Positions 10,474 through 28,681 of a DNA stretch of 64,000 nt are shown piece by piece. The stretch covers positions 224,001 through 288,000 of the forward strand of contig CP182352.1 in NCBI GenBank assembly GCA_048571215.1. The letters are read 5' to 3'. Numbering within the stretch: the first letter of the stretch is position 1; the number at the start of each line of letters is the position of its first letter. The notes below the pieces were generated by a model. It was not told where the DNA came from, did not search any database, and was given only the letters and a program-made list of their open reading frames with translations. A program made the translations under genes and the position numbers. The stretch comes from Halarcobacter sp. (GTDB taxonomy: Bacteria; Campylobacterota; Campylobacteria; Campylobacterales; Arcobacteraceae).

Positions 10474-11535
10474 TTGTTTTATTGGTTCTATAGACACCTT
10501 GATATTAATATTTTTCAATACATATCAGTTCGAGCAGGAATTGCTTTTTTCATCTCCTTTTTACTTACAATGTATTTGTTACCCAAATTTGTTAAGTGGG
10601 CTAAATCAAAAAATGCTTCGCAACCTATATATGAGTATGCACCTGAATCTCACCAAATAAAAGCTGGAACACCAACTATGGGTGGTGTTGTTTTTATTTT
10701 TTCAACTATTATTGCTACTGTTTTAACAGTCAAGCTAAATAACTTCTATGTTGTTAGTGCAATTTTGACTTTGGGATTGTTTTCATTAATAGGTATTAAA
10801 GATGATTATTCAAAAATAGCAAAAAAGGCTAACTCCGCTGGGCTTAGTTCAAGAGCTAAATTTATTTTACAAATCACCTGTGCTATTGCAATAGCTGTAG
10901 TATTAATAACTTACAATCATACTACAACTTTATATACCCCTTTTTATAAATACCCTTTATTTGATATGGGATATTTTGCTATAGCCTTTTGGGTTTTGGT
11001 TATGGTTGCAGCTTCAAATGCAGTTAACTTAACTGATGGTTTAGATGGTTTAGCTACAGTTCCATCTATTATGGCATTTGTTAGTTTATCAGTAATTGTG
11101 TATATAACAGGGCATGCGATTTTCTCTTCATATCTACTTTTACCAAATATAAGTACCATAGGTGAATTAACAATAGTAGGTACTGCAATGATTGGTGCAC
11201 TTATTGCTTTTCTTTGGTATAACTGTCATCCTGCACAAGTCTTTATGGGTGATAGTGGAAGTTTACCTATTGGGGCTTTTATGGGATATTTAGCAATAGT
11301 TACAAAATCTGAAATCTTATTAGTTTTGATTGGACTTATCTTTGTTATTGAAACTGTTTCTGTAATCTTACAAGTAGGTTCATATAAACTTAGAAAAAAA
11401 AGAGTATTTTTAATGGCACCAATCCATCATCATTTTGAGGAAAAGGGTTGGAAAGAGAATAAGATAATTGTTAGGTTCTGGATAATCTCTTTTATGGCAA
11501 ATTTAGTAGCTCTTTTAACCCTTAAAATCAGATAG
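10474..11535 (+). CDS. mraY: Phospho-N-acetylmuramoyl-pentapeptide transferase
   Basis: [37 protein letters not shown] start. Confidence 0.97.
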   Translation: MFYWFYRHLDINIFQYISVRAGIAFFISFLLTMYLLPKFVKWAKSKNASQPIYEYAPESHQIKAGTPTMGGVVFIFSTIIATVLTVKLNNFYVVSAILTLGLFSLIGIKDDYSKIAKKANSAGLSSRAKFILQITCAIAIAVVLITYNHTTTLYTPFYKYPLFDMGYFAIAFWVLVMVAASNAVNLTDGLDGLATVPSIMAFVSLSVIVYITGHAIFSSYLLLPNISTIGELTIVGTAMIGALIAFLWYNCHPAQVFMGDSGSLPIGAFMGYLAIVTKSEILLVLIGLIFVIETVSVILQVGSYKLRKKRVFLMAPIHHHFEEKGWKENKIIVRFWIISFMANLVALLTLKIR

Positions 11536-11544
11536 GCTTATATA

Positions 11545-12705
11545 ATGATACGAGTATTAGGTAAGGGGATAACAGCACAAGCTATAAAGAAGAGTTTTGA
11601 TGAGGTTGTATTATATGATGATTCAGATTTTGATACATATGATAAAAACTCAGATGAGATAACAGTAGTAAGTCCTGGAATACCACCAAATAACAAGATG
11701 GTAAAGAGTGCAAAAAATATACAAAGTGACTATGACTTGGTTTCCAAAGATATGCCTTTTTCTATTTGGATAAGTGGAACAAATGGGAAAACAACTACTA
11801 CACAAATGATTCAACACCTACTTAAAGAGAAAGGTTCAGTTTGTGGTGGAAATATTGGAACACCTGTAAGCTTATTAGATAAAAAAGCATTTATATGGAT
11901 TTTAGAGACCTCTTCATTTACTTTTCATTATACAAAAAAAGCAAAACCAAATTTATATATTTTACTTCCTATAAGTGAAGATCATATATCTTGGCATGGA
12001 ACATTTGAAGAGTATAAAAAAGCAAAATTAAAACCACTTGAGATGATGGTTGAGGGTGAAGTGGTTATTATTCCTGAAGAGTTTAAAGCTTATGATACAA
12101 GTGCTATGAAAATAACATATAAAAATAGTGATGATTTATGTGAGTTCTTTAATATCGACAAAAGTAGAATAAATTTTAAAGAACCATTTTTGATGGATTC
12201 AATATTAGCCCTAGCATCAAAGAAGATATTATTTGATGAGCTTGATTATGAAAGTATAAATAGTTTTAAAATTGATGAACATAAAATAGAAGAGTTTTTT
12301 GATAGCAAAAAAAGAATGTGGATAAATGATAGTAAAGCTACAAATGTAGACGCAACTATAAATGCTCTTAATTCATATACTAATAAAAAGATATATTTAA
12401 TTTTAGGTGGGGATGACAAGGGTGCAAATTTAGAACCACTTTTTTTATATATTAAAAACCTTGAGATAGAAATATTTGCAATAGGCTCAAATCAAAATAG
12501 GATAAAAGAGTATTGTGAAAAATTTAATTTGAAAATTTCAACTTGTAATATTTTAAAAAATGCAGTTAATGAAATATCACTAAAACACGATACAAACAGC
12601 GTTGCAATCCTATCTCCAGCTGCTGCTTCATTAGATCAATTTTCCTCATATGCACAAAGAGGAAAACAATTTAAAGAATTTGTATTTGGTTTAAGCTTAT
12701 TTTAA
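11545..12705 (+). CDS. murD: UDP-MurNAc-L-Ala:D-Glu ligase
   Basis: SGTNGKTTTT, GGNIG, NDSKATN, SPAAASLDQF. Confidence 0.95.
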   Translation: MIRVLGKGITAQAIKKSFDEVVLYDDSDFDTYDKNSDEITVVSPGIPPNNKMVKSAKNIQSDYDLVSKDMPFSIWISGTNGKTTTTQMIQHLLKEKGSVCGGNIGTPVSLLDKKAFIWILETSSFTFHYTKKAKPNLYILLPISEDHISWHGTFEEYKKAKLKPLEMMVEGEVVIIPEEFKAYDTSAMKITYKNSDDLCEFFNIDKSRINFKEPFLMDSILALASKKILFDELDYESINSFKIDEHKIEEFFDSKKRMWINDSKATNVDATINALNSYTNKKIYLILGGDDKGANLEPLFLYIKNLEIEIFAIGSNQNRIKEYCEKFNLKISTCNILKNAVNEISLKHDTNSVAILSPAAASLDQFSSYAQRGKQFKEFVFGLSLF

Positions 12706-12741
12706 TTATGTCCTGTGTATAATTTCACTCCAATTTAAGAC

Positions 12742-12817
12742 GGCTCGGTAGCTCAGTCGGTAGAGCAAAGGACTGAAAATCCTTGTGTCGACGGTTCGAT
12801 TCCGCCCCGCGCCACCA
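12742..12817 (+). tRNA. tRNA-Phe(GAA)
   Basis: 76-nt cloverleaf, anticodon loop CTGAAAA, encoded CCA; two stem mismatches (see findings). Confidence 0.95.
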
Positions 12818-12832
12818 CTTAAATTATTGGAC

Positions 12833-12909
12833 GCTGGTGTAGCTCAGTTGGCTAGAGCAGCTGATTTGTAATCAGCAGGTCGGGGGTTCGACTCCCTTCA
12901 CCAGCTCCA
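12833..12909 (+). tRNA. tRNA-Thr(TGT)
   Basis: 77-nt cloverleaf, anticodon loop TTTGTAA, CCA end. Confidence 0.97.
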
Positions 12910-12976
12910 CTTTTATTAATGTCGTGCGTAATCTTTAAAAGATCAGCGCTTGACCAGAACAATAAAATTTTTCAAC

Positions 12977-13061
12977 GGTGAGGTTGGAGAGTGGTCAAAT
13001 CCAGGAGACTGTAAATCTCCCGCCTATGGCTTCGAAGGTTCAAATCCTTCTCTCACCACCA
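12977..13061 (+). tRNA. tRNA-Tyr(GTA)
   Basis: 85-nt cloverleaf with long variable arm, loop CTGTAAA, CCA end. Confidence 0.97.
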
Positions 13062-13071
13062 CTTAATGCGT

Positions 13072-13148
<77 letters not shown>

Positions 13149-13172
13149 TTTATTTATTGATTACTGGGAGCT

Positions 13173-13208
13173 GAGTTATAACGCAAATTTTTTATAACTC
13201 CTTTTTTT
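13173..13208 (+). terminator. Probable terminator or attenuator after the tRNA cluster
   Basis: GAGTTATAA/TTATAACTC stem followed by C and T7. Confidence 0.6.
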
Positions 13209-13388
13209 ATACAAAATAACTCCCATTAAAGTTTTTTTTAGTATTTTTTAAGTAAAATACCAGTCCACAAAAAATTTACATTAGTTTTTTGTAGGAATTT
13301 AATAACAAATATCCCCTCTGAATAGAGAAGTTATCGGACTTATCTACTCAGAGGGCAATAACAACCAAAATTTTTTAAGGGGAATTTT

Positions 13389-14597
13389 ATGGCAAAAGCA
13401 AAATTCGAGCGAAATAAACCGCACGTAAATATCGGTACTATTGGTCACGTTGACCACGGTAAAACTACATTAACAGCAGCTATCACTATGTGTTTAGGTC
13501 TTAAAAATGGTCAAGCGACTATGGATTATGATCAAATTGATAATGCTCCAGAAGAGAGAGAAAGAGGAATTACTATTGCTACTTCTCATGTTGAGTATGA
13601 AACTGATACTAGACACTACGCACACGTAGATTGTCCAGGTCACGCCGATTATGTTAAAAACATGATTACTGGTGCTGCTCAAATGGATGGAGCTATCTTA
13701 GTTATTGCTTCAACAGATGGACCAATGGCTCAAACTAGAGAGCACATTCTATTATCTAAACAAGTAGGTGTTCCATACATCGTTGTTTTCTTAAATAAAG
13801 AAGATCAACTTGATGATGAAGATAAAGAAGAGATGTTAGAATTAGTTGAAATGGAAGTTAGAGAACTATTATCTGAGTATGATTTCCCAGGTGATGACAC
13901 TCCAATCGTTGCAGGTTCTGCATTCCAAGCATTAGAAGAAGCTAAATCAGGTACTGCTGGTGAATGGTCTGAAAAAATCTATAACCTAATGGCAGAAGTA
14001 GATGCTTATATTCCAACTCCAGAAAGAGATTCTGAACAAGATTTCTTAATGCCAGTTGAAGATGTATTTACTATCCAAGGTAGAGGTACTGTTGTTACTG
14101 GTAGAATTGAAAAAGGTACTATTAAACTAAACGAAGAGATTGAAATCGTTGGTTTCAAAGATACTGTTAAAACTACAGTAACTGGTATTGAAATGTTTAG
14201 AAAAGAGATGGACGAAGGTGTTGCTGGTGATAATGCTGGTATCCTTTTAAGAGGTATTAAAAAAGACGACGTTCAAAGAGGACAAGTTTTAGTTAAGCCA
14301 GGTTCAATTACTCCACATACTAATTTCAGATGTGAAGTGTATATCCTTTCTAAAGAGGAAGGTGGTAGACATACTCCATTCTTCTCAGGTTATAGACCAC
14401 AATTTTATGTAAGAACAACAGACGTAACAGGTTCTTGTACTTTACCAGAAGGTACAGAGATGGTTATGCCAGGTGATAACGTTGAAATGACAGTTGAATT
14501 AGTTGCTCCAATTGCTCTAGACAAAGGTACAAAGTTTGCTATTAGAGAAGGTGGTAGAACTGTAGGTGCTGGAGTTGTTGCTGAAGTAATTGCGTAA
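13389..14597 (+). CDS. tuf: Elongation factor Tu
   Basis: [28 protein letters not shown]. Confidence 0.99.
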   Translation: MAKAKFERNKPHVNIGTIGHVDHGKTTLTAAITMCLGLKNGQATMDYDQIDNAPEERERGITIATSHVEYETDTRHYAHVDCPGHADYVKNMITGAAQMDGAILVIASTDGPMAQTREHILLSKQVGVPYIVVFLNKEDQLDDEDKEEMLELVEMEVRELLSEYDFPGDDTPIVAGSAFQALEEAKSGTAGEWSEKIYNLMAEVDAYIPTPERDSEQDFLMPVEDVFTIQGRGTVVTGRIEKGTIKLNEEIEIVGFKDTVKTTVTGIEMFRKEMDEGVAGDNAGILLRGIKKDDVQRGQVLVKPGSITPHTNFRCEVYILSKEEGGRHTPFFSGYRPQFYVRTTDVTGSCTLPEGTEMVMPGDNVEMTVELVAPIALDKGTKFAIREGGRTVGAGVVAEVIA

Positions 14598-14606
14598 GGA
14601 TAACTT

Positions 14607-14777
14607 ATGGGTAACGGAGTAAGTATAAAAATTGGACTAAAATGTGAAGAGTGTGGTGATATTAACTACACTACTTATAAAAACCCAAAAACTCACACTG
14701 AGAAAATGGGAATTAAAAAGTATAGTCCAAGATTGAAAAAACACACTTTACATAAAGAAGTTAAACTTAAGTCTTAG
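14607..14777 (+). CDS. rpmG: 50S ribosomal protein L33 (56 aa, absent from the ORF track)
   Basis: Manual translation [64 protein letters not shown]; sits between tuf and tRNA-Trp/secE. Confidence 0.96.
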   Translation: MGNGVSIKIGLKCEECGDINYTTYKNPKTHTEKMGIKKYSPRLKKHTLHKEVKLKS

Positions 14778-14869
14778 GACTTAAGTTTAATTCGTAGTTT
14801 GCTAAGTTTGTAAAAGTTATTAAGATTATCTTATTAACTTGAAACTTACTAATTTACAAACCAACTAAA

Positions 14870-14945
14870 AGGTCAGTAGCTCCAATGGTAGAGCGCCGGA
14901 TTCCAAATCCGATGGTTGGGGGTTCGAGTCCCTCCTGGCCTGCCA
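14870..14945 (+). tRNA. tRNA-Trp(CCA)
   Basis: 76-nt cloverleaf, loop TTCCAAA, CCA end; canonical position before secE. Confidence 0.96.
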
Positions 14946-15017
14946 CTAAATTTTTTTAAAAACAGTTTCGACTTTTTTTAAAAGAATTTATAAGCTTAAA
15001 ATTTTCTGGAGTCGATT

Positions 15018-15200
15018 GTGAATAAATTAAAAATATATTATAAAAATGCTAAAGATGAACTTGATAAAGTTATTTTCCCTATAAAAGAACAAATTAGATC
15101 TGCATATGTTTCAGTATTTGTAGTAGTTACTGTTATTACACTATTTCTAGCATTAATTGATGCAATTATGTCTTTAAGCTTATCAGCAGTTATGAACTAA
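15018..15200 (+). CDS. secE: Preprotein translocase subunit SecE
   Basis: ELDKVIFP motif plus one TM helix; directly upstream of nusG. Confidence 0.93.
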   Translation: MNKLKIYYKNAKDELDKVIFPIKEQIRSAYVSVFVVVTVITLFLALIDAIMSLSLSAVMN

Positions 15201-15209
15201 GGAAATTAT

Positions 15210-15737
15210 ATGGCACAACAATGGTATGCAATTCAAACACACTCAGGTAGTGAACTTACTGTAAAAAGAGCACTTGAAAGATTAGCTGATGAGATGGCTG
15301 ATGGAAAAATAGCAGAAGTATTAGTTCCTACAGAAGACTTAATTGAGGTTAAAAAAGGTAAAAAAACAATAGTTGAAAGACCTTTATATCCTGCATATGC
15401 TTTTGCAAAAATTGATTTAGATACAGCTTTATGGCACAGAATACAATCTATGCCAAAAGTTGGTAGATTTATTGGTGAATCAAAAAAACCAACTCCTTTA
15501 TCAAAAAAAGATATTGATTCTATTTTAGATAAAGTAAACAATAGAGCTGCAGCTAAACCAAAAGTTTCTTTTGATGAGGGTGAACTTGTAAGAATTAACG
15601 AAGGTCCATTTGCAAACTTTAATGGAGTTGTAGAAGACTTTGATATGGCTTCTGGAATTTTAAAATTAAATGTTTCTATTTTTGGAAGAAATACACCTGT
15701 TGAAATCAATTATACTCAGGTAGAAAGAGCAGTTTAA
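15210..15737 (+). CDS. nusG: Transcription factor NusG
   Basis: WYAIQT, YPAY, KOW motif GPFANFNG, IFGRNTPVE. Confidence 0.97.
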   Translation: MAQQWYAIQTHSGSELTVKRALERLADEMADGKIAEVLVPTEDLIEVKKGKKTIVERPLYPAYAFAKIDLDTALWHRIQSMPKVGRFIGESKKPTPLSKKDIDSILDKVNNRAAAKPKVSFDEGELVRINEGPFANFNGVVEDFDMASGILKLNVSIFGRNTPVEINYTQVERAV

Positions 15738-15744
15738 AACTATT

Positions 15745-15802
15745 TTTAGGCATTAGGCAATAAAACTTTGCTTCCATTGAGTTTTCTTGCCTAATGCCTA
15801 AA
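15745..15802. repeat. Long inverted repeat (16-bp perfect outer stem plus inner stem) between nusG and rplK
   Basis: TTTAGGCATTAGGCAA ... TTGCCTAATGCCTAAA; inner AAAACT/AGTTTT. Confidence 0.85.
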
Positions 15803-15836
15803 TCACATTAACAATAAAATTTAAAAAGGAAAAAAG

Positions 15837-16262
15837 ATGGCTAAAAAAGTTGACGGTTATTTAAAACTTCAAATACCTGCTGGTGCAGCTAATCCTTCAC
15901 CACCTGTTGGTCCTGCACTTGGACAAAGAGGGATTAACATTATGGAGTTTTGTAAAGCATTTAACGAAAAAACAAAAGATAAAGCTGGTTTTAATATTCC
16001 AGTTGAAATCACTGTTTATAGTGACAAAAGTTTTACATTTGTAACAAAACAACCACCTATGACTGACTTAATTAAGAAAGTTTCAGGAATTAAAAAAGGT
16101 AGTGACAATCCACTTAAAAACAAAATTGGAAAGTTAACTAAAGATCAAGTTTTAGAAATCGTTGAAATGAAAATTTCAGATTTAAATACAAATGATAAAG
16201 AGCAAGCTTCAAAAATTGTTGCAGGTTCAGCTAGATCAATGGGAATTGAAGTAGAATTATAA
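15837..16262 (+). CDS. rplK: 50S ribosomal protein L11
   Basis: [20 protein letters not shown]. Confidence 0.99.
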   Translation: MAKKVDGYLKLQIPAGAANPSPPVGPALGQRGINIMEFCKAFNEKTKDKAGFNIPVEITVYSDKSFTFVTKQPPMTDLIKKVSGIKKGSDNPLKNKIGKLTKDQVLEIVEMKISDLNTNDKEQASKIVAGSARSMGIEVEL

Positions 16263-16369
16263 TATTAGTCTGACCACGAGACTAAAACTTTGTGGTAGCA
16301 AAGCAAGTTTTCTAAATCCTATTTTAAATGGTGCGAAAATTTGAAAAAAATAAAATTGCGGAGAAAAAA

Positions 16370-17071
16370 ATGGCAAAAAAAGTTTCAAAAAGATTTAAAG
16401 CTTTATTAGAAAAAGTTGAAAATAGAGATTATACATTAGAAGAAGCGTGTACTTCAGTAAAAGGTTTAAAATCAGCAAAATTTGATGAGTCAGTTGAAGT
16501 TGCATTAAACCTAAACATTGACCCAAGACATGCAGATCAAATGATTAGAGGTGCAGTTGTACTTCCTCATGGTACTGGTAAAACTGTAAGAGTTGCAGTA
16601 TTTGCTAAGGGTGCTAAAATGGATGAAGCAACAGCAGCTGGTGCTGATATTGTTGGTAATGATGATTTAGTAGAAACAGTGCAAGCTGGAAATATTGATT
16701 TTGATGTATTAATAGCAACTCCTGATTGTATGGGACTAGTTGGTAAATTAGGTAGAATCTTAGGACCAAAAGGTTTAATGCCTAACCCTAAAACTGGAAC
16801 AGTAACTATGGATGTTAATAAAGCAGTAACTGATGCTAAAGGTGGTAAGGTTACATATAGAGTTGACAAAAAAGGTAATATGCAAGCAGCAGTTGGAAAA
16901 GTTTCTTTTTCAGATGAAGCAATAAAAGAAAATGTTAAAGCTTTCATTTCTGCTATCAATAAAGCAAAACCTGCTTCTGCAAAAGGTAGATATATTACTA
17001 ATGCAGCTATTTCATTAACTATGTCACCATCAATTAATATGGATGTATTAGAATTAATGGATATTAAATAA
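16370..17071 (+). CDS. rplA: 50S ribosomal protein L1
   Basis: [22 protein letters not shown]; start placed at ATG 16370 after GGAG. Confidence 0.98.
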   Translation: MAKKVSKRFKALLEKVENRDYTLEEACTSVKGLKSAKFDESVEVALNLNIDPRHADQMIRGAVVLPHGTGKTVRVAVFAKGAKMDEATAAGADIVGNDDLVETVQAGNIDFDVLIATPDCMGLVGKLGRILGPKGLMPNPKTGTVTMDVNKAVTDAKGGKVTYRVDKKGNMQAAVGKVSFSDEAIKENVKAFISAINKAKPASAKGRYITNAAISLTMSPSINMDVLELMDIK

Positions 17072-17090
17072 GGGTTTCCCCTTATTTAAT
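17063..17090 (+). terminator. Hairpin at the end of rplA (terminator or processing stem)
   Basis: ATTAAATAAGGG-TTTC-CCCTTATTTAAT perfect 12-bp stem. Confidence 0.55.
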
Positions 17091-17149
17091 TAACATTCAA
17101 TAGTGAAGATTATAATCTTCATGTTTGAGTGTTATTCAAAGCACTGAAA

Positions 17150-17225
17150 TAAAACTGATGACAGCTGGTAAAAAACATCCTTCGTTTTTTGTAAGTCCCG
17201 CCTAAGTCCGATGTTTTGAAGGGAG
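17150..17225 (+). promoter_or_regulatory. Candidate L10 leader (rplJ autoregulatory RNA)
   Basis: Position upstream of rplJ; GACAGCTGGT...CCCGCCTAAGTC resembles the L10-leader core; AAAACATC/GATGTTTT pairing near the RBS; by-eye only. Confidence 0.5.
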
Positions 17226-17236
17226 GAAATATAAAG

Positions 17237-17725
17237 ATGACAAAACAAGATAAAAATTTAATTATTGATTCTTTAACTGCAGAATTTAAAGACTCTCAAG
17301 CTATTGTTGTATGTGATTATAAAGGTTTAACTCACAAACAATTAGAAGTATTGAGAAATGATGCAAGTGCAAATGGAACAAAAGTTCAAGTTGCAAAAAA
17401 TTCATTAGTTTCGATTGCAGTTAAAAATGCAGAATTAGGAGATATTGAACTTTCTGGTACAAATATTTTCTTATGGTCAGAAGATCAAATTTCTGCTTGT
17501 AAAGTTGCTGATAAATTTGCAAATGATAATAAAGAAAAATTTATTATTAAATCAGGTATCATCGAGGGTGAAATCTCTGATGTATCTAGAGTTAATGCAT
17601 TTGCTAAATTACCATCAAGAGAAGAGCTTCTTGGTATGCTTGCTGCTACATGGATGGCACCACTTACTAACTTTACTATTGGGCTTGATGCTCTTAGAAG
17701 AAAAAAAGAAGAAGAAGCGGCGTAA
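17237..17725 (+). CDS. rplJ: 50S ribosomal protein L10
   Basis: DYKGLT, VAKNSL, AKLPSREELL; ATG 17237 after GGAGG. Confidence 0.97.
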   Translation: MTKQDKNLIIDSLTAEFKDSQAIVVCDYKGLTHKQLEVLRNDASANGTKVQVAKNSLVSIAVKNAELGDIELSGTNIFLWSEDQISACKVADKFANDNKEKFIIKSGIIEGEISDVSRVNAFAKLPSREELLGMLAATWMAPLTNFTIGLDALRRKKEEEAA

Positions 17726-17815
17726 TTAGTTAATAACTAATAATAAATAGTGAATAATGGTTTAATTTGCTTGGCAAATTAATTTTATAAAAAATAAAAA
17801 TTATAAGGAAAAGAA

Positions 17816-18190
17816 ATGGCAATTTCTAAAGAAGACGTATTAGAATACATCTCTGGTTTATCTGTATTAGAGTTATCTGAATTAGTAAAAGAATTCGAAG
17901 AAAAATTTGGTGTATCTGCACAGCCTGTAGCTGTAGCTGGTGCTGTAGCTGGTGGAGCTGCTGAAGCTGCTGAAGAACAAACTGAATTTAATGTTATCAT
18001 TAAAGATCCAGGTGCTAAAAAAATCAATGTTATTAAAGAGATTAGAGCACTTACTGGTCTTGGATTAAAAGAAGCTAAAGCAATGGCAGAAGAAGCTGGT
18101 GCTGTAGTTAAAGAAGGTATCTCTAAAGATGATGCTGAAGCTGCTAAAGCTGCATTAGAAGCTGCAGGGGCAACTGTAGAATTACAATAG
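17816..18190 (+). CDS. rplL: 50S ribosomal protein L7/L12
   Basis: [28 protein letters not shown]. Confidence 0.99.
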   Translation: MAISKEDVLEYISGLSVLELSELVKEFEEKFGVSAQPVAVAGAVAGGAAEAAEEQTEFNVIIKDPGAKKINVIKEIRALTGLGLKEAKAMAEEAGAVVKEGISKDDAEAAKAALEAAGATVELQ

Positions 18191-18211
18191 TTAATTCTTT
18201 TAAAATTACTG

Positions 18212-18308
18212 TTATACAAGGCTAAGTGCCTTGTATAAAGACTAGCATCTTTGAAGGCTAAGGTTAAAATTCATAGGAATTTTAACCCTATCCTTTAAGG
18301 ATGCTTTT
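18212..18308 (+). promoter_or_regulatory. Two stem-loops in the rplL-rpoB spacer (attenuator or processing site candidates)
   Basis: TTATACAAGGC/GCCTTGTATAA (18212-18238) and a long stem AGCATCTTTGAAGG..GGTTAAAATTC/GAATTTTAACC..CCTTTAAGGATGCT ending in TTTT. Confidence 0.6.
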
Positions 18309-18334
18309 GCGCTTTATATATAAAGCTAAAGTAA

Positions 18335-27023
<8,689 letters not shown>

Positions 27024-27030
27024 AACAAAA

Positions 27031-27058
27031 ACTTTGGGGAATCTCCCCAGAGTATTTT
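27031..27058 (+). terminator. Intrinsic terminator after rpoC
   Basis: ACTTTGGGGA-ATC-TCCCCAGAGT then ATTTT. Confidence 0.7.
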
Positions 27059-27062
27059 AATC

Positions 27063-27452
27063 ATGGATACTTTATCTTTACTTTTAATATTTATTGCCAT
27101 TGAACTCTTTGAATCAAATTGGCAAAAAAATGATACACTTTATGGACTTATCCATAACAACTTTATAATTTATCAAAAAAATCTTATTTTATATTTTATT
27201 TTACATGCAAGCTTTTTTTATACTCTTTTTTTAGCTGTCTTTTTAAACAATTTTGGCTTTTGGATGAGTTCAATTATTATTATTAAATTTTTAGATATGG
27301 CATTTAAACTTAATATGATGCAAAAACTTAGTAATGGTATGGATGTAAGTGAAGTTATGCCTATAAATATAAAAATGACACCTCTATTTAGATATATGAA
27401 TGTAATTATATATCCTCTTACTTTCGTATTTGCAACAAAACTTTTTTTTTAA
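27063..27452 (+). CDS. Hypothetical membrane protein
   Basis: 129 aa with several hydrophobic segments; no family recognised. Confidence 0.75.
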   Translation: MDTLSLLLIFIAIELFESNWQKNDTLYGLIHNNFIIYQKNLILYFILHASFFYTLFLAVFLNNFGFWMSSIIIIKFLDMAFKLNMMQKLSNGMDVSEVMPINIKMTPLFRYMNVIIYPLTFVFATKLFF

Positions 27453-27505
27453 TTTATAATTGATAATTAATATCAATTTAAAGAAAACTTGCTAATATAA
27501 CATTT

Positions 27506-28213
27506 ATGAATATTTTTGAATTTAAACACTTAATTACCAATGCAAAATATAACACTAAGTATGAACCAATTATTGATCTAAACACAAATGAAGTTTTTGC
27601 TTATGAAGCTTTGTCTTCATTTGATATAGATAATAGACTAATCTCTACAGAAAATATATTTAGAAAGTTACATCAAAATAATGATCTTTTTTTTAACTTA
27701 GAAAAGAGAAATAAATATTTGCAAGTTAAACATTTTGATCTAAACTCAAAACTTTTTTTAAATTTTGATGCAGATATTGTTATTAGTGAAGAACAACAAA
27801 AGTATTGGGCTGAGTTTTTAATAAAACATAAAGATTATATTGTTGTTGAGATTACTGAAAATGGAAGTGATGATGAAACTAGTTCTGAAGTAATGAGAAA
27901 CTTTTCCTTATGGTTAAAAGAGAAAAATATAGAAACAGCTTTAGATGATTTTGCGCAAGAGGGCTCAATGTTTTCTTTTTTTATTATGGGTAATTCACAA
28001 TATATTAAAATTGATAAATCTTTTATAAAACAAGTTAGAATAAATCCAAACTATATCCATTATCTAAAAGGTTTGTTATTGACGATACAAGTTAATAATC
28101 AAAAAGCAATACTAGAAGGTGTAGAAACTAAAGAGGATTTGGATTTAGCCAGAAAACTTAGATGTGACTATGTTCAAGGGTATTACTTCAAAGATCTAAC
28201 TGTAATAAAATAG
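27506..28213 (+). CDS. Stand-alone EAL domain protein (c-di-GMP phosphodiesterase-like)
   Basis: YEAL, LFLNF, VEITE, LDDF, IKID, EGVE, VQGYY. Confidence 0.9.
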   Translation: MNIFEFKHLITNAKYNTKYEPIIDLNTNEVFAYEALSSFDIDNRLISTENIFRKLHQNNDLFFNLEKRNKYLQVKHFDLNSKLFLNFDADIVISEEQQKYWAEFLIKHKDYIVVEITENGSDDETSSEVMRNFSLWLKEKNIETALDDFAQEGSMFSFFIMGNSQYIKIDKSFIKQVRINPNYIHYLKGLLLTIQVNNQKAILEGVETKEDLDLARKLRCDYVQGYYFKDLTVIK

Positions 28214-28274
28214 CTCTAACATTTATCATATAAACTAAATGCTAAAATATCGTTTTAATATTAAAGGAAAAATA

Positions 28275-28562
28275 ATGCAATATTTAGTAATAGCTTATGA
28301 TAATGAAGGCGCACTTGAAAAAAGAATGGAAAATAGAGCTGAACATCTTAAAGGAACTCAAAAATTAATGGCAGAGGGTAAGATTATAAGTGCATGTGCT
28401 TTGATAGAAGATGAAAAAATGGTTGGCTCATCAGTTCTTACAAGCTTTGAAAGTGATGATGCGTTTGATTCTTGGTTAAGTAATGAACCATATGTAACAG
28501 GTGGAGTTTGGAATATGGATGAGATTCAAATCGTTCCTGTAAATGTTATGCCTAAGGGATAA
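28275..28562 (+). CDS. YciI family protein
   Basis: KRMENRAEHL, VGSS, NEPYVTGGVW; ATG 28275 after AAAGGA. Confidence 0.85.
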   Translation: MQYLVIAYDNEGALEKRMENRAEHLKGTQKLMAEGKIISACALIEDEKMVGSSVLTSFESDDAFDSWLSNEPYVTGGVWNMDEIQIVPVNVMPKG

Positions 28563-28681
28563 TTTAAAAAGGCTTAAAGATCTTTTTTAAATTAGTTCTA
28601 AAAATACATAAGAAAATAAATAATTTATTGCGCTATAACAGAGATATATCTATAATCACTTTTATTTAATAAAGGATTAAT

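Noticed and set aside
14896..14912. C27-A43 mismatch in the tRNA-Trp anticodon stem
   Set aside because: Single terminal mismatch; I recall the same trait in related bacteria (unverified), so not treated as notable
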